DNA of 64,000 nucleotides, from the NCBI GenBank assembly GCA_963708025.1, contig CAVPSB010000031.1, positions 288,001-352,000 of the forward strand, written 5' to 3'. This document shows positions 30,144 through 39,120 of this stretch, piece after piece (position 1 is the first letter of the stretch; each line of letters starts with the position of its first letter). The stretch is from an uncultured Candidatus Rokubacteria bacterium (GTDB lineage Bacteria > Methylomirabilota > Methylomirabilia > Rokubacteriales > DASRDR01). Under the pieces are notes generated by a model. It ran no database searches. It had not been told where the DNA came from and saw nothing but the letters and a program-made list of their open reading frames with translations. Both the position numbers and the translations under genes were made by a program.

Positions 30144-31505
30144 GTGAGCGGCGCCGTCGCCGATCTCCGGGCCTCGGCCTCCAGCCCGGCGCTGCGGACC
30201 GGGGCGGCGATCGTCGGCTCCCGCTCGCGGCGGGCGGCGTGGCTGCTCGTCCTGGCCAGCCTGGTCGTCTACAACGCGAACCTGCGCGAGGTCAGCTCGG
30301 CCGACACGATCGCCACCCGCCTGGTGCCGGTCGCGCTCATCCAGGAGCAGCGGCTGACCCTGGACCGCTACTTCCGCGACGACCCGGCCGTGCCGTACTG
30401 GGTGCAGCGGGTGGGCGATCACTACGTCTCGTCGTACCCGATCGTGCCCGGCGTCCTGGCGGTTCCGGTCTATCTCCTGCCCATTCTGGTGCTGGGCGAC
30501 GGCTCGTGGGCGCTCATCAACGGGCTGGCGAAGCTGAGCGCGTCGCTGATGGCCGCGCTCTCGGTGCTGTTCGTCTACCTGGCGGCGCGCCGGCTCGCCC
30601 TGGAGTCGGTGGCCGTCCCGATCGCCCTCGTCTACGCCTTCGGGACCGCGACGTGGTCGGTCTCCAGCCAGGGGCTCTGGGGCCACGCCCCCGCCCAGCT
30701 CTTCATGGCCGTGGCCATCTATTGCCTCCTGCGGGGCGCCGACGACCGGCGTCACCTCCTCTACGGCGGGCTGGCCACCGGCGTGATGGTGGCGAGCCGG
30801 CCGACCACCGCCGTCGTGGCGGCCGCGCTCCTCGCGTGCGGGCTCGCCCGTGACGGCGGCCCGGGCATCCGGATCGTCGTGGGCGTCCTGGCCATCACGG
30901 CGCCGGTCGCGCTCCACAATCTCTGGCAGTTCGGCTCGCTCCAGGGGGGCTACGCGAAGCTCCACGCCACCCACGCCACCTACCACGGCGTGGCCGACGC
31001 GTGGACAGGCTCGGTCGCCCAGGGGCTGGCCGGACTCCTGGTGAGCCCGAGCCGCGGGCTCCTCGTCTACTCCCCCGTCCTCCTCTTCGCTCTGGGAGGC
31101 GCCGTCCTGGCCTTCGGGGACCGCCGGCGGCCGCTGCTTCGCTGGCTCGCGGGGGCGGCCGCCGCCACCGTGCTGATGCTGGGCGGCTTCTCGGTCTGGT
31201 GGGGCGGCCATTCATTCGGGCCGCGGCTGCTCGCCGACGTGCTCCCCCTCCTGGCCCTGCTCCTGGTTCCGGTCTGGCCCCGGCTGCAGGGGGCACGATC
31301 CCTGCGGGCCGCCTTCGTCGTCCTGCTGGCGCTGTCGGTCGCCGTCCAGGTCGTCGGCGCCTTCTACCATCCATCGTCACGGTCGCTCGACTGGAACACG
31401 AGCCCGCGCGACGTGGACGAGGCGCACGACCGGCTGTGGGACTGGACGGACCCGCAGATCCTGCGGCTCCTGCGGAACGGACCGCACGCTCCGGGGTTCG
31501 AATGA
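30144..31505 (+). CDS. GT-C-like polytopic membrane protein
   Basis: SADT after TM1, SYPIVP, QGLWGH, SPSRGLLVYSP, WWGGHSFGPR. Confidence 0.7.
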   Translation: MSGAVADLRASASSPALRTGAAIVGSRSRRAAWLLVLASLVVYNANLREVSSADTIATRLVPVALIQEQRLTLDRYFRDDPAVPYWVQRVGDHYVSSYPIVPGVLAVPVYLLPILVLGDGSWALINGLAKLSASLMAALSVLFVYLAARRLALESVAVPIALVYAFGTATWSVSSQGLWGHAPAQLFMAVAIYCLLRGADDRRHLLYGGLATGVMVASRPTTAVVAAALLACGLARDGGPGIRIVVGVLAITAPVALHNLWQFGSLQGGYAKLHATHATYHGVADAWTGSVAQGLAGLLVSPSRGLLVYSPVLLFALGGAVLAFGDRRRPLLRWLAGAAAATVLMLGGFSVWWGGHSFGPRLLADVLPLLALLLVPVWPRLQGARSLRAAFVVLLALSVAVQVVGAFYHPSSRSLDWNTSPRDVDEAHDRLWDWTDPQILRLLRNGPHAPGFE

Positions 31506-31581
31506 CGTCCGGCGCCCCGCCCCGTCGCCCCGGAGGGCGCCGCCGCGGCCTCGATTTGCGGCCGGCTCCGTACGCCTCCTT

Positions 31582-31590
31582 TGCTAGAAT
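31582..31590 (+). promoter_or_regulatory. Extended -10 promoter upstream of the hypothetical-pilD-DGC unit
   Basis: TGcTAGAAT. Confidence 0.45.
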
Positions 31591-31686
31591 GCTCGCCGGG
31601 GCGCCCAACCCCAGGCGGGACGCGGGGCCGGGCGGGCCGGGACCGGGGCTCGCCGGTGGGCTCCGAGGCGTCCGCCGAGGACCGGG

Positions 31687-31986
31687 ATGAGACAGCTGAT
31701 CGAGGCCGTCGCGCTCGAAGGCCAGAGCGTCCGCGTGACCGCGCGCGACCCGCTGCCCGTGGATCTCCGCGCGCTTGCCGTGGCGGCGGCCATCCGCGTC
31801 CTCGAGCGGTATCCCGCCCTCGACGGCCTCACGCTGACCGTGGGGAATCAGGAGATCACCCTCTCCCGCCAGGACGTCGATCGCCTGCTCGGCCCTGACG
31901 GATTCGCGCGGCTGAAGGACCGGGAGGCCGCCCGGGAGCTCCTCGAGCGTGCTATTCGCGACTTCACCCGGGACGGAACGGCGTGA
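31687..31986 (+). CDS. Hypothetical protein
   Basis: GAGGA SD, GC3-biased codons, GTGA overlap with pilD. Confidence 0.7.
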   Translation: MRQLIEAVALEGQSVRVTARDPLPVDLRALAVAAAIRVLERYPALDGLTLTVGNQEITLSRQDVDRLLGPDGFARLKDREAARELLERAIRDFTRDGTA

Positions 31987-32768
31987 CGGTCGACAATCCC
32001 GGCCTGCCGCCGGCCATCCTGTGGCCGGTGGCGCTGGCGCTGGCCGCGATGCTCGGTAGCTTCCTGAATGTCTGCATCTCGCGCCTGCCCCGGGGCGAGA
32101 GCATCGTCTCGCCCCCGTCGCACTGCCCGCGGTGCGACACGGCGATCCGCGCCTATGACAACATCCCCCTCGTCTCGTTCGCGGCGCTCGGCGGTCGCTG
32201 CCGGGCTTGCCGGGCTCCGATCTCCTGGCGGTACCCGCTCGTCGAGGCCCTGGCCGTCGCCGCCGGCGCCCTGGTGCTGTGGCAGCTCGGCCCGACCTGG
32301 GACGGCCTCCGGGCGTTCGTGCTCCTGCTGGCGCTGATCGCCATCACCTTCACCGACCTCGAGCACCACATCATCCCGGACTGGATCACGTTGCCGGGCA
32401 TCCTGGTGGGGCTGGCCTTCCAGCTCTACCCGTCGCCCCGGGCCGTGATCGACGGCCTCCTCGGCTGTCTGCTCGGCGGCGGGATCTTCTACCTGATCGC
32501 GTGGCTCAGCCCGAAGGTCTTCGGTCAGGAAGGAATGGGCGGGGGCGACATCAAGCTCGCCGCGATGATGGGCGCCTTCCTGGGCTGGAAAGTCGTGCTC
32601 GTCGCCATCTACGTGGCGGTCCTGGTCGGCGGCGTCGGCGGCGCGCTCCTCCTCCTGCTCCGACTCAAGCGGCTGGGGCAGCACCTGGCCTTCGGTCCCT
32701 TCCTGGCCCTGGGTGGCGTCGTCGCCGCGCTGTGGGGGCGCCCTTTCCTGGGCTGGTACTTCGGGTAG
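31983..32768 (+). CDS. pilD: Prepilin peptidase/N-methyltransferase PilD
   Basis: GSFLNVCI, SHCPRC..CRAC, TDLEH..PD, GMGGGDIKL, FGPFL. Confidence 0.95.
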   Translation: MTVDNPGLPPAILWPVALALAAMLGSFLNVCISRLPRGESIVSPPSHCPRCDTAIRAYDNIPLVSFAALGGRCRACRAPISWRYPLVEALAVAAGALVLWQLGPTWDGLRAFVLLLALIAITFTDLEHHIIPDWITLPGILVGLAFQLYPSPRAVIDGLLGCLLGGGIFYLIAWLSPKVFGQEGMGGGDIKLAAMMGAFLGWKVVLVAIYVAVLVGGVGGALLLLLRLKRLGQHLAFGPFLALGGVVAALWGRPFLGWYFG

Positions 32769-32774
32769 CCGGCG

Positions 32775-33785
32775 GTGGCTGAGCATTCCCAGCGGGGCTC
32801 GCGGCCCGCGGCTCCTCCACCGCCCGCCGGCTCGAGGTGGGCGCGCCGCGACCTGACCCTGGCCCTCGTCCTCGCGACCCTCATCCCGGCCGTGTCGGCC
32901 GGCCACCTGGCGCTCTCCTATCTCGTCCGCGACGGCGCCCGGAGCCCGGTCTACGGGGCCAGCCTGCCGGTCCTCCTGCTGGGCAACCTCGTGCTCGGCC
33001 TTCTCCTGCTCGTCATGCTGTACCGGTCACGGCGGCGCCTCGAGACGCCGACCCCGGTCACGCCGCCCCGGTCGGCCAGCGACGCCCCCGGTCAGTCCGG
33101 GCAGCCCGGCGAGGGCCTCCAGGCCCTCCTCGCCTCCGAGCGGACCGACGAGGTGGGCGCGCTCATGCGCGAGTTCACCCGCATCCTCGAGGTGCTCCAG
33201 GAGCAGGCCTCCCAGGTCCAGGACTACGCGGGGCGCTTCGAGGCGATCAACGAGGAGCTGCGGAACGCCAACCTCCGCCTGCGGGAGCTGTCTCTGACCG
33301 ACGAGCTGACCGAGGTCGGCAACCGGCGCAACTTCGACGTCCGGATCCGGGAGGAGATCAACCGGTCCACCCGGTTCGGCCACGCCTTCAGCCTGCTCCT
33401 CCTGGACATCGATCAGTTCAAGGCGTTCAACGACGAGTTCGGTCATCCCCAGGGCGACGCGGTGCTCCGTGGCCTGGGCGCCCTGATGCGGTCGATGTCG
33501 CGGGAGGGCGACGTGCCGTGCCGGATCGGCGGCGAGGAGTTCGCCTTCATCTTGCCGGAGACGCTCAAGGCGGACGCCCTGGCCTTCGCGGAGCGCATGC
33601 GCCGCGGGGTCGAGGCGACCATCATGGCGCCCGACCGGAAGCGCCCCATCACGATCAGCATCGGGCTCGCCGCCTTTCCCGAGGACGGGAAGTCGCCGGA
33701 GGACCTCCTCCGGTCGGCCGACGAAGCCCTCTACGAGTCCAAGCGCACCGGGCGCAACCGGGTCACCGCCTACCTGCGGAAGTGA
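32775..33785 (+). CDS. Membrane diguanylate cyclase (two TMs, coiled coil, GGEEF)
   Basis: TDELT..NRR, DIDQFK..ND..GH..GD, REGD I-site, GGEEF, ADEALY..K..GRN. Confidence 0.92.
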   Translation: MAEHSQRGSRPAAPPPPAGSRWARRDLTLALVLATLIPAVSAGHLALSYLVRDGARSPVYGASLPVLLLGNLVLGLLLLVMLYRSRRRLETPTPVTPPRSASDAPGQSGQPGEGLQALLASERTDEVGALMREFTRILEVLQEQASQVQDYAGRFEAINEELRNANLRLRELSLTDELTEVGNRRNFDVRIREEINRSTRFGHAFSLLLLDIDQFKAFNDEFGHPQGDAVLRGLGALMRSMSREGDVPCRIGGEEFAFILPETLKADALAFAERMRRGVEATIMAPDRKRPITISIGLAAFPEDGKSPEDLLRSADEALYESKRTGRNRVTAYLRK

Positions 33786-33800
33786 TCGGTGGTCCCGCCG

Positions 33801-33857
33801 CCCAGTTTCGTTCCGGGGCGGAGCCCAGTTTTGGCCGACGGCGGCCAATTTTCGGGC
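33801..33857. promoter_or_regulatory. Three phased CCA(G/A)TTT motifs, candidate enhancer sites
   Basis: CCCAGTTTCG, CCCAGTTTTGG and GCCAATTTTCGG, 20-23 bp apart, about 90-140 bp upstream of the sigma54 box. Confidence 0.4.
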
Positions 33858-33941
33858 GGGCCCCGCGGACCGGCGATCCCAGGCGAGAGATGCCGGCGCG
33901 GAACTCCGCGTCCGTGTTGCCTTTCCCAGATCGCCGCTGTA

Positions 33942-33957
33942 TGGCCTTCCGTTTGCA
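33942..33957 (+). promoter_or_regulatory. sigma54 promoter of minor-pilin cassette 1
   Basis: TGGCCTTCCGTTTGCA. Confidence 0.7.
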
Positions 33958-34150
33958 CTCTCCTCCCGGTTCCGCGCCGAACGGGCGCAACGCAGAAGTT
34001 GACAGGGAGAAGACGGCTGCGAGATCCTGACCGGTCCAAACGGCCCTGGGTGGCTCGAGAGAAGAGACGAGCGAGAAGCGAGATGAGGCAGCGCAGTCAG
34101 CCGAAACCGACCATCGTCGAGTGGGTCGCGACCACTGAGGAGGAGGCTCG

Positions 34151-34690
34151 ATGAACGGTCTGCAAGGGCGAGCACGAGAAACGGATCACGGATCCATTCG
34201 GGCCGGGCGGCGGTCGATGGTGTCCCGGCTCCGGAGCCAGGACGGCGTCACGCTCGTCGAGATGTTCGTCATCGTGAGCATCATCGGGCTCCTGGCGGCG
34301 GCGACGCTGCCCCTGGTGGGCTCGGCGGTCGGCGACGCGCGGGTGCGGGGGGCGGCGGAGCAGGTGGGGAGCGCGGCGCGCCGGGCCCGGCAGGCGGCGC
34401 TGGCGGCGGCGACGACCTACCGGTTCACCCTGAACGGGACGACCGTCGCGCTGGCCTGCATCGTGGACACCCCGCCGGGCAACGTCTGCCCGGCGAACCG
34501 GGTGCCCGACTACACCGAGCCGATGTCCGGGGATGTCGCGATCTCGCCGGTCCCCCTCACGCTGACCTTCGACGCGACCGGCGGCGCCTCGCCGGCCACG
34601 TTCACGATCAGCCACGGCAGCTCCCCCAACTATCAGGTGGCGGTCAACGCCGCCGGGAGGGTCCGGGTATGCACGCCCAGCTGCCCGTAA
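34151..34690 (+). CDS. FimT/FimU-like minor pilin (alternative start 34217)
   Basis: GAGGAGGAGG SD; RSQDG|VTLVEM; AARRARQAA; TFDATG; VNAAGRVR. Confidence 0.82.
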   Translation: MNGLQGRARETDHGSIRAGRRSMVSRLRSQDGVTLVEMFVIVSIIGLLAAATLPLVGSAVGDARVRGAAEQVGSAARRARQAALAAATTYRFTLNGTTVALACIVDTPPGNVCPANRVPDYTEPMSGDVAISPVPLTLTFDATGGASPATFTISHGSSPNYQVAVNAAGRVRVCTPSCP

Positions 34691-35112
34691 CGCTGCGCTC
34701 GAACGCCGGCGTCTCCCTGATCGAGGTCATGGTCTCGCTGCTGCTCCTGTCCGTCGCGATCGCCGGGCTGGCGGTGGGCTTTCCGATCAGCCGGACCGCG
34801 GTGACGACGAGCAGCCAGATCAGCGCCGCCATCAGCCTGGCGCGCCAGACCCTGGAGGACATGCGTAACCGGGAGTACAGCTCGACGATAGACCAGATCA
34901 CGACGGCGAACTTCCCGAATCAGGGATACGGCGGCATCCCGAACTTCCCCCGGCACCGGCGCAGCATCTCCATCCAGGACGGGGTGCCGGTGGCCATCTG
35001 CGTGCCGCCCCCGGGCTCGCCGTGCATGAAGACGGTGACCGTCACCGTCTTCTACCGGGACGACAAGGGGCTGGAGCGCGGGATTCCCCTCACGAGCATC
35101 TTCGTCCGATGA
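34669..35112 (+). CDS. PilV-like minor pilin
   Basis: RSNAG|VSLIEVMVSLLLL; LARQTLE; KTVTVTV. Confidence 0.8.
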   Translation: MHAQLPVTLRSNAGVSLIEVMVSLLLLSVAIAGLAVGFPISRTAVTTSSQISAAISLARQTLEDMRNREYSSTIDQITTANFPNQGYGGIPNFPRHRRSISIQDGVPVAICVPPPGSPCMKTVTVTVFYRDDKGLERGIPLTSIFVR

Positions 35113-35129
35113 CGGGGGAGGGCCATCTC

Positions 35130-35831
35130 ATGACCGGCACACTCAGACAGGAACGCGGCGTCACCCTCGTGGAGCTGATGGTCAGCCTGGCCCTGACGGC
35201 CTTGCTGGCGGTCGGGGTGCTGACCATCTGGGGACAGACCCAGCAGGCGTACCTGGACGGCGCCGAGGCGTCCGACGCGCAGCAGCGGGTCCGGATCGCG
35301 ATGGACCAGATCGTCCGCACGATCCAAATGGCAGGCGCGAACCCGCGCAACCAGATCTACGCGGGCCCGGTGACGAACGATCCGGCCTTCACGGCGTTCC
35401 GGGCAGCCGGCGCGAACTGCATGCGTCTCTACTCCGACCTGAACGGGGACGGCAACGTCCAGGGGGTCCAGGAGAACGTGAGCTTCGACTGGGTCGGCGT
35501 CGGATCCCCGATCACCCAGGAGCTGGGCGGCGGCCCCGACCTGGGCCAGCCGTGGGTCGCGGCCAGCCTCGGCATCCAGGAGCTATCGCTCGACATCGTC
35601 GCCAATCCGGGCGGCACCCCGATGTTCCAGTACTTCACGGGGCCCAACGCCGCGCTGCCGAATAGCCCGATTCCCGTCGTGGCAACCCCGGTGTGTGCCA
35701 ATGCCATGACCAACCCCAACCGGACGACCATCGGCCGGGTGCTGATCACGATTACCGCGCGGGGAACGGTCGGGAGCCAGACTTTCACCCGGACCCTCGT
35801 GTCCGAGGCCCGGCCTCGGAACGTGCCTTGA
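35130..35831 (+). CDS. PilW-like minor pilin
   Basis: RQERG|VTLVELMVSL; AQQRVRIAMDQI..IQMAG; C-terminal RPRN. Confidence 0.85.
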   Translation: MTGTLRQERGVTLVELMVSLALTALLAVGVLTIWGQTQQAYLDGAEASDAQQRVRIAMDQIVRTIQMAGANPRNQIYAGPVTNDPAFTAFRAAGANCMRLYSDLNGDGNVQGVQENVSFDWVGVGSPITQELGGGPDLGQPWVAASLGIQELSLDIVANPGGTPMFQYFTGPNAALPNSPIPVVATPVCANAMTNPNRTTIGRVLITITARGTVGSQTFTRTLVSEARPRNVP

Positions 35832-35844
35832 GAGGAGGCCCGTC

Positions 35845-37959
35845 ATGAAACCCGACGTCATTCCGCTCGGCGCGCCGCTCCACAACCAGCGCGGCGCCAC
35901 CCTGTTCGCGGCGATCCTCGCGCTCCTGCTGCTCAGCACGATGACCGTCGCCTTCACCCTGGTCGCGCGGGACGAGGCCTTCATCGGCCAGAACACGCGG
36001 GAGGCGGTGCAGGCGGAGTTCTCCGCCGAAGGCGGGGCGAGCCACGGGCGCTGGCTGCTCGCCCAGCGCCTCCGGGTCGACCTCCCCCGGGAGGTGGCCA
36101 ACACCCTCCGCACCACGATGATCAACGACCTCCAGACCCGCTACAACACCTCGGGGGGCGCCGCGCTGTTCCTTCTGGAGAAGGCGATTCCCCAGGGCGT
36201 CGGCCCGACGTTCTCGCTCTGCTCCACCTCCGGCGGCTGTCTGGATCCCGTCTACAGCCCGGTCGGGGAGATCCCGGACGCCCAGCAGGTGGTCATGACC
36301 GTCAACAGCACCAATCCGGCCTACACGGGCCGGATCATCGTCGGGGTGCCGCCGGGGGCGCCTCCGGTGATCACGAACGGGGGCACCGGCGCCATCTTCA
36401 ACTTCATGTGGCGGGTCGACAGCACGGGCACCGCCGGCCGGTCCACTCAGCTCATCAGCCACGACTCGGTCATCGCGACCTTGCCGGGCGGGACGTTCAC
36501 CATCGCCCTGAACTCGAACTTCGTCCAGTACGCCCACTTCATCGACCAGATGGACGACACCCAGGCGTGGATCAGCTTCCGGCACATCTACACCGGGCCC
36601 GTCCACACCAACACCCGCTTCAACATCCTGGGCAACCCGACCGGGCCCACGTTCCGGAGCGAGGCGACCCAGACGCTCAACACCACGCGCTTCAACAACA
36701 GCGGCTCGGCGACGACCGTGTCCAAGGACAGCACGGCCAACGACTGGCCGCTCCTGGGGCCGACGCCGGGGGTTCTCTGCAAGTCGGTCGACTGCACCGG
36801 CTTCACCCGGAACTACGACTTCGACCCGTCCACCCCGGCCGTCGATCCGATCCCGTTCCCGGGCGGGCCCAACCCGCCCGATCGGACGGCCGAGATCAAC
36901 CTGGCCAAGGGCCCGAACTACGTCGCCGGTCTTCCGGTCTGGGTGGCCAATGACGGGGGCCTCGCGGCGGCCGGCACCCTGAATGGCGGCATCTACATCA
37001 TCGGCGGCGTCGTGGACCTGCGGCTCGACGCCACCGCCACCGGGCAGCACATCCTCATCCAAACCGACGCCAACCACCGCACCGACATCCTGGAGAATCG
37101 GCCGCTCAACCAGACGATCGTGACCCGCCAGTGCCGGAAGACGATTAACACTGCGGTGGCCCCGTGCGTGAACGGCCAGCCCAACTGGAACATTGACGTC
37201 AACCTCGTCCCGGCGACCGCGCAGGTCCAGACCTTGACCGGCAAGTTCACCCCGGACTTCGGGACGCCGCCACCGAACAACGTCGACTTGGGCGTTATCT
37301 TCGTCGAGGGCGCGATCGGCCAGGCCGGCGCCTCTCTGAACGGGCTTCGCCAGACCCCTGGTCCCGCGAGTACTGCCGCGATCTACCAGGACCCCCTGAA
37401 CCCCAACGCCGGCTCCCGGATCACGATCGCGGCCAACGGCAACATCTTCATCACCGGGCACCTGCGGTACCAGACGGACTCGCGCGGCCTGGACGGGGTC
37501 TACGGCTCCCCGGTGGGCAGCGGCGACGACCAGCTCCTGGTCCAGAACGTCCTCGGCGTCGTCTCCTGGGGCGGAGGCATCCGCCTGGCGAGCGGGCTGA
37601 ATCAGGTCGTCCTGGCTGCGAACTACCCAGCCGTGCCCGGAACCGACCTGATTCTCCAAGGCATGTTCATGGCGCCCAACATCGCGAACGCCGCCGAGCC
37701 GATCGGCCAGATCAGCTTCGACGACCCCAACGGGGCGTATCGCGGCTTCGCCAAGCTACTGGGCGGCGTCGTCCAGAAGACGATGGGGACCTTCGGCTCG
37801 CCGGGCACCCCGGGGACCGGGTACGCGCGGGACTGGGTCTACGACGAGCGCTTCCGCCAGAATGGCCTGGCGCCGCCGCTGTTCCCCGGGTTCCCCAAGT
37901 TCACCGCGAGCACCTCGCTGGGCATCGACGACTACACCTGGCGGATGGGGAGGTTCTGA
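35845..37959 (+). CDS. Large PilX-like minor pilin/putative tip protein (704 aa, DUF4900-like C-terminus)
   Basis: HNQRG|ATLFA (no E5), AEFSAEGG, GPVHTN, GYARDWVYDERF..PPLFP. Confidence 0.8.
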   Translation: MKPDVIPLGAPLHNQRGATLFAAILALLLLSTMTVAFTLVARDEAFIGQNTREAVQAEFSAEGGASHGRWLLAQRLRVDLPREVANTLRTTMINDLQTRYNTSGGAALFLLEKAIPQGVGPTFSLCSTSGGCLDPVYSPVGEIPDAQQVVMTVNSTNPAYTGRIIVGVPPGAPPVITNGGTGAIFNFMWRVDSTGTAGRSTQLISHDSVIATLPGGTFTIALNSNFVQYAHFIDQMDDTQAWISFRHIYTGPVHTNTRFNILGNPTGPTFRSEATQTLNTTRFNNSGSATTVSKDSTANDWPLLGPTPGVLCKSVDCTGFTRNYDFDPSTPAVDPIPFPGGPNPPDRTAEINLAKGPNYVAGLPVWVANDGGLAAAGTLNGGIYIIGGVVDLRLDATATGQHILIQTDANHRTDILENRPLNQTIVTRQCRKTINTAVAPCVNGQPNWNIDVNLVPATAQVQTLTGKFTPDFGTPPPNNVDLGVIFVEGAIGQAGASLNGLRQTPGPASTAAIYQDPLNPNAGSRITIAANGNIFITGHLRYQTDSRGLDGVYGSPVGSGDDQLLVQNVLGVVSWGGGIRLASGLNQVVLAANYPAVPGTDLILQGMFMAPNIANAAEPIGQISFDDPNGAYRGFAKLLGGVVQKTMGTFGSPGTPGTGYARDWVYDERFRQNGLAPPLFPGFPKFTASTSLGIDDYTWRMGRF

Positions 37960-37960
37960 C

Positions 37961-38314
37961 ATGGCGAGCGAGCGCGGCGGTCGGGGCCCCACTCGCGGAA
38001 CGAGACCGACGAGACCGACGGGCAAGGCGGGGCCGGGATCGGCCCCGCCGGCCCGGCGACGATGGCGGCCGTCGGCGCTGGAAGCCGTCGTGCTGCTGGT
38101 CCTCCTGCTGGTCGGCCTGAATTTCCTCTCTTCGCGCTCGGCGCCGGATGCCTCCGCGCCGGGCCCGGTGGCCTCCGTGGCGACGGAGGCGGCGTCGCCT
38201 CCTCCACCCCCGGCGGAAGAGCCGGTCGAGATCGAGCCGACGTCGAGCTTCCCGTCCCTGCAGTCCGTCGGCGGCGTCCTCCGAACGCAGAACGGCGCCG
38301 CGTTCAACGACTGA
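37961..38314 (+). CDS. Small single-TM hypothetical protein
   Basis: GGGAGG SD; basic N-terminus, one TM, Pro/Ala-rich linker. Confidence 0.6.
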   Translation: MASERGGRGPTRGTRPTRPTGKAGPGSAPPARRRWRPSALEAVVLLVLLLVGLNFLSSRSAPDASAPGPVASVATEAASPPPPPAEEPVEIEPTSSFPSLQSVGGVLRTQNGAAFND

Positions 38315-38323
38315 GACCCTGGG

Positions 38324-38358
38324 AGCGGGTCGGGGTGGCGGAGCCACCCCGACCCGCT
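38324..38358 (+). terminator. Perfect 16-bp hairpin closing minor-pilin cassette 1 (no U-tract)
   Basis: AGCGGGTCGGGGTGGC-GGA-GCCACCCCGACCCGCT. Confidence 0.6.
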
Positions 38359-38511
38359 GGCCGAAGCACCCGGGAGTGAGGGCGGTCACCTGACCGCCGC
38401 CCGCGAGACGGCCTTCCTTCCCCCTTCCCGACCAGCGTTCGCGACCTGCCGCCCACCCCCCGGTCCCCCGGGCTCAGCGTCCCCCGTCCCCCGCCCGGCC
38501 CGGCCCTGACA

Positions 38512-38527
38512 GGGCGCCGATCTTGCA
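38512..38527 (+). promoter_or_regulatory. sigma54 promoter of minor-pilin cassette 2
   Basis: GGGCGCCGATCTTGCA (GG-N10-GC). Confidence 0.6.
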
Positions 38528-38731
38528 CCCCTCCGCGGCGAGATGAACGTCGTGGAGGTCGGGGGCATGAGCCGTTCACCCCTCGGGAGCGTGCGCGGAA
38601 GGCGGCAGGGAGCGCGTTTTCGGCTGGCCGGCGCGGGCCGGGGATCGGGCCGACGGGTGCGTCGAGGAGTGACGGGGTGTGACCATTCCGATGCGGGGCG
38701 GCGGCCAGGCGCCGGTACCGGCGGGCGGGCC

Positions 38732-39112
38732 ATGAGCCACCTCGACGGGCGCGGCGCCACCCTGGTCGAGCTGCTGGTCGCCGTCATGCTGCTGGCGATC
38801 GCGCTGACCGGCCTGGCCGGATCCTACCCCCTCGCGATGCAAGCGGTCACGAGTGGAGGCCACCGGACCACCGCGACGCTGCTGGCGCAGCAGTGCATCG
38901 AGCTGGCGAAGAGCACACCCTACGATCGCCTCCCGATCGACCTGGCCCCGAGCTGTTCGGTCCACCCCGCCGGGTATGCGGCCTTCACCCGCACGCTCAC
39001 CGTGGCGCCGGGACGACCGACCGGGACGACGACGACCGTCACCGTCGAGGTCGGCTACCGGAACGGGCCGGGGGCGAACCGGGCCACCGTGGCCACCATC
39101 CTGTCGCAGTGA
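38732..39112 (+). CDS. PilV-like minor pilin, cassette 2
   Basis: MSHLDGRG|ATLVELLVAVMLL; LAQQCIE; TVTVEVGY. Confidence 0.8.
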   Translation: MSHLDGRGATLVELLVAVMLLAIALTGLAGSYPLAMQAVTSGGHRTTATLLAQQCIELAKSTPYDRLPIDLAPSCSVHPAGYAAFTRTLTVAPGRPTGTTTTVTVEVGYRNGPGANRATVATILSQ

Positions 39113-39120
39113 GGGGTGTC

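Noticed and set aside
33960-34154. c-di-GMP riboswitch or leader peptide (MRQRSQPKPTIVEWVATTEEEAR, 34083-34154) before the minor pilins
   Set aside because: No GEMM-type signature recognised. The small ORF has no convincing SD and its 3' end is just the SD of the next gene.
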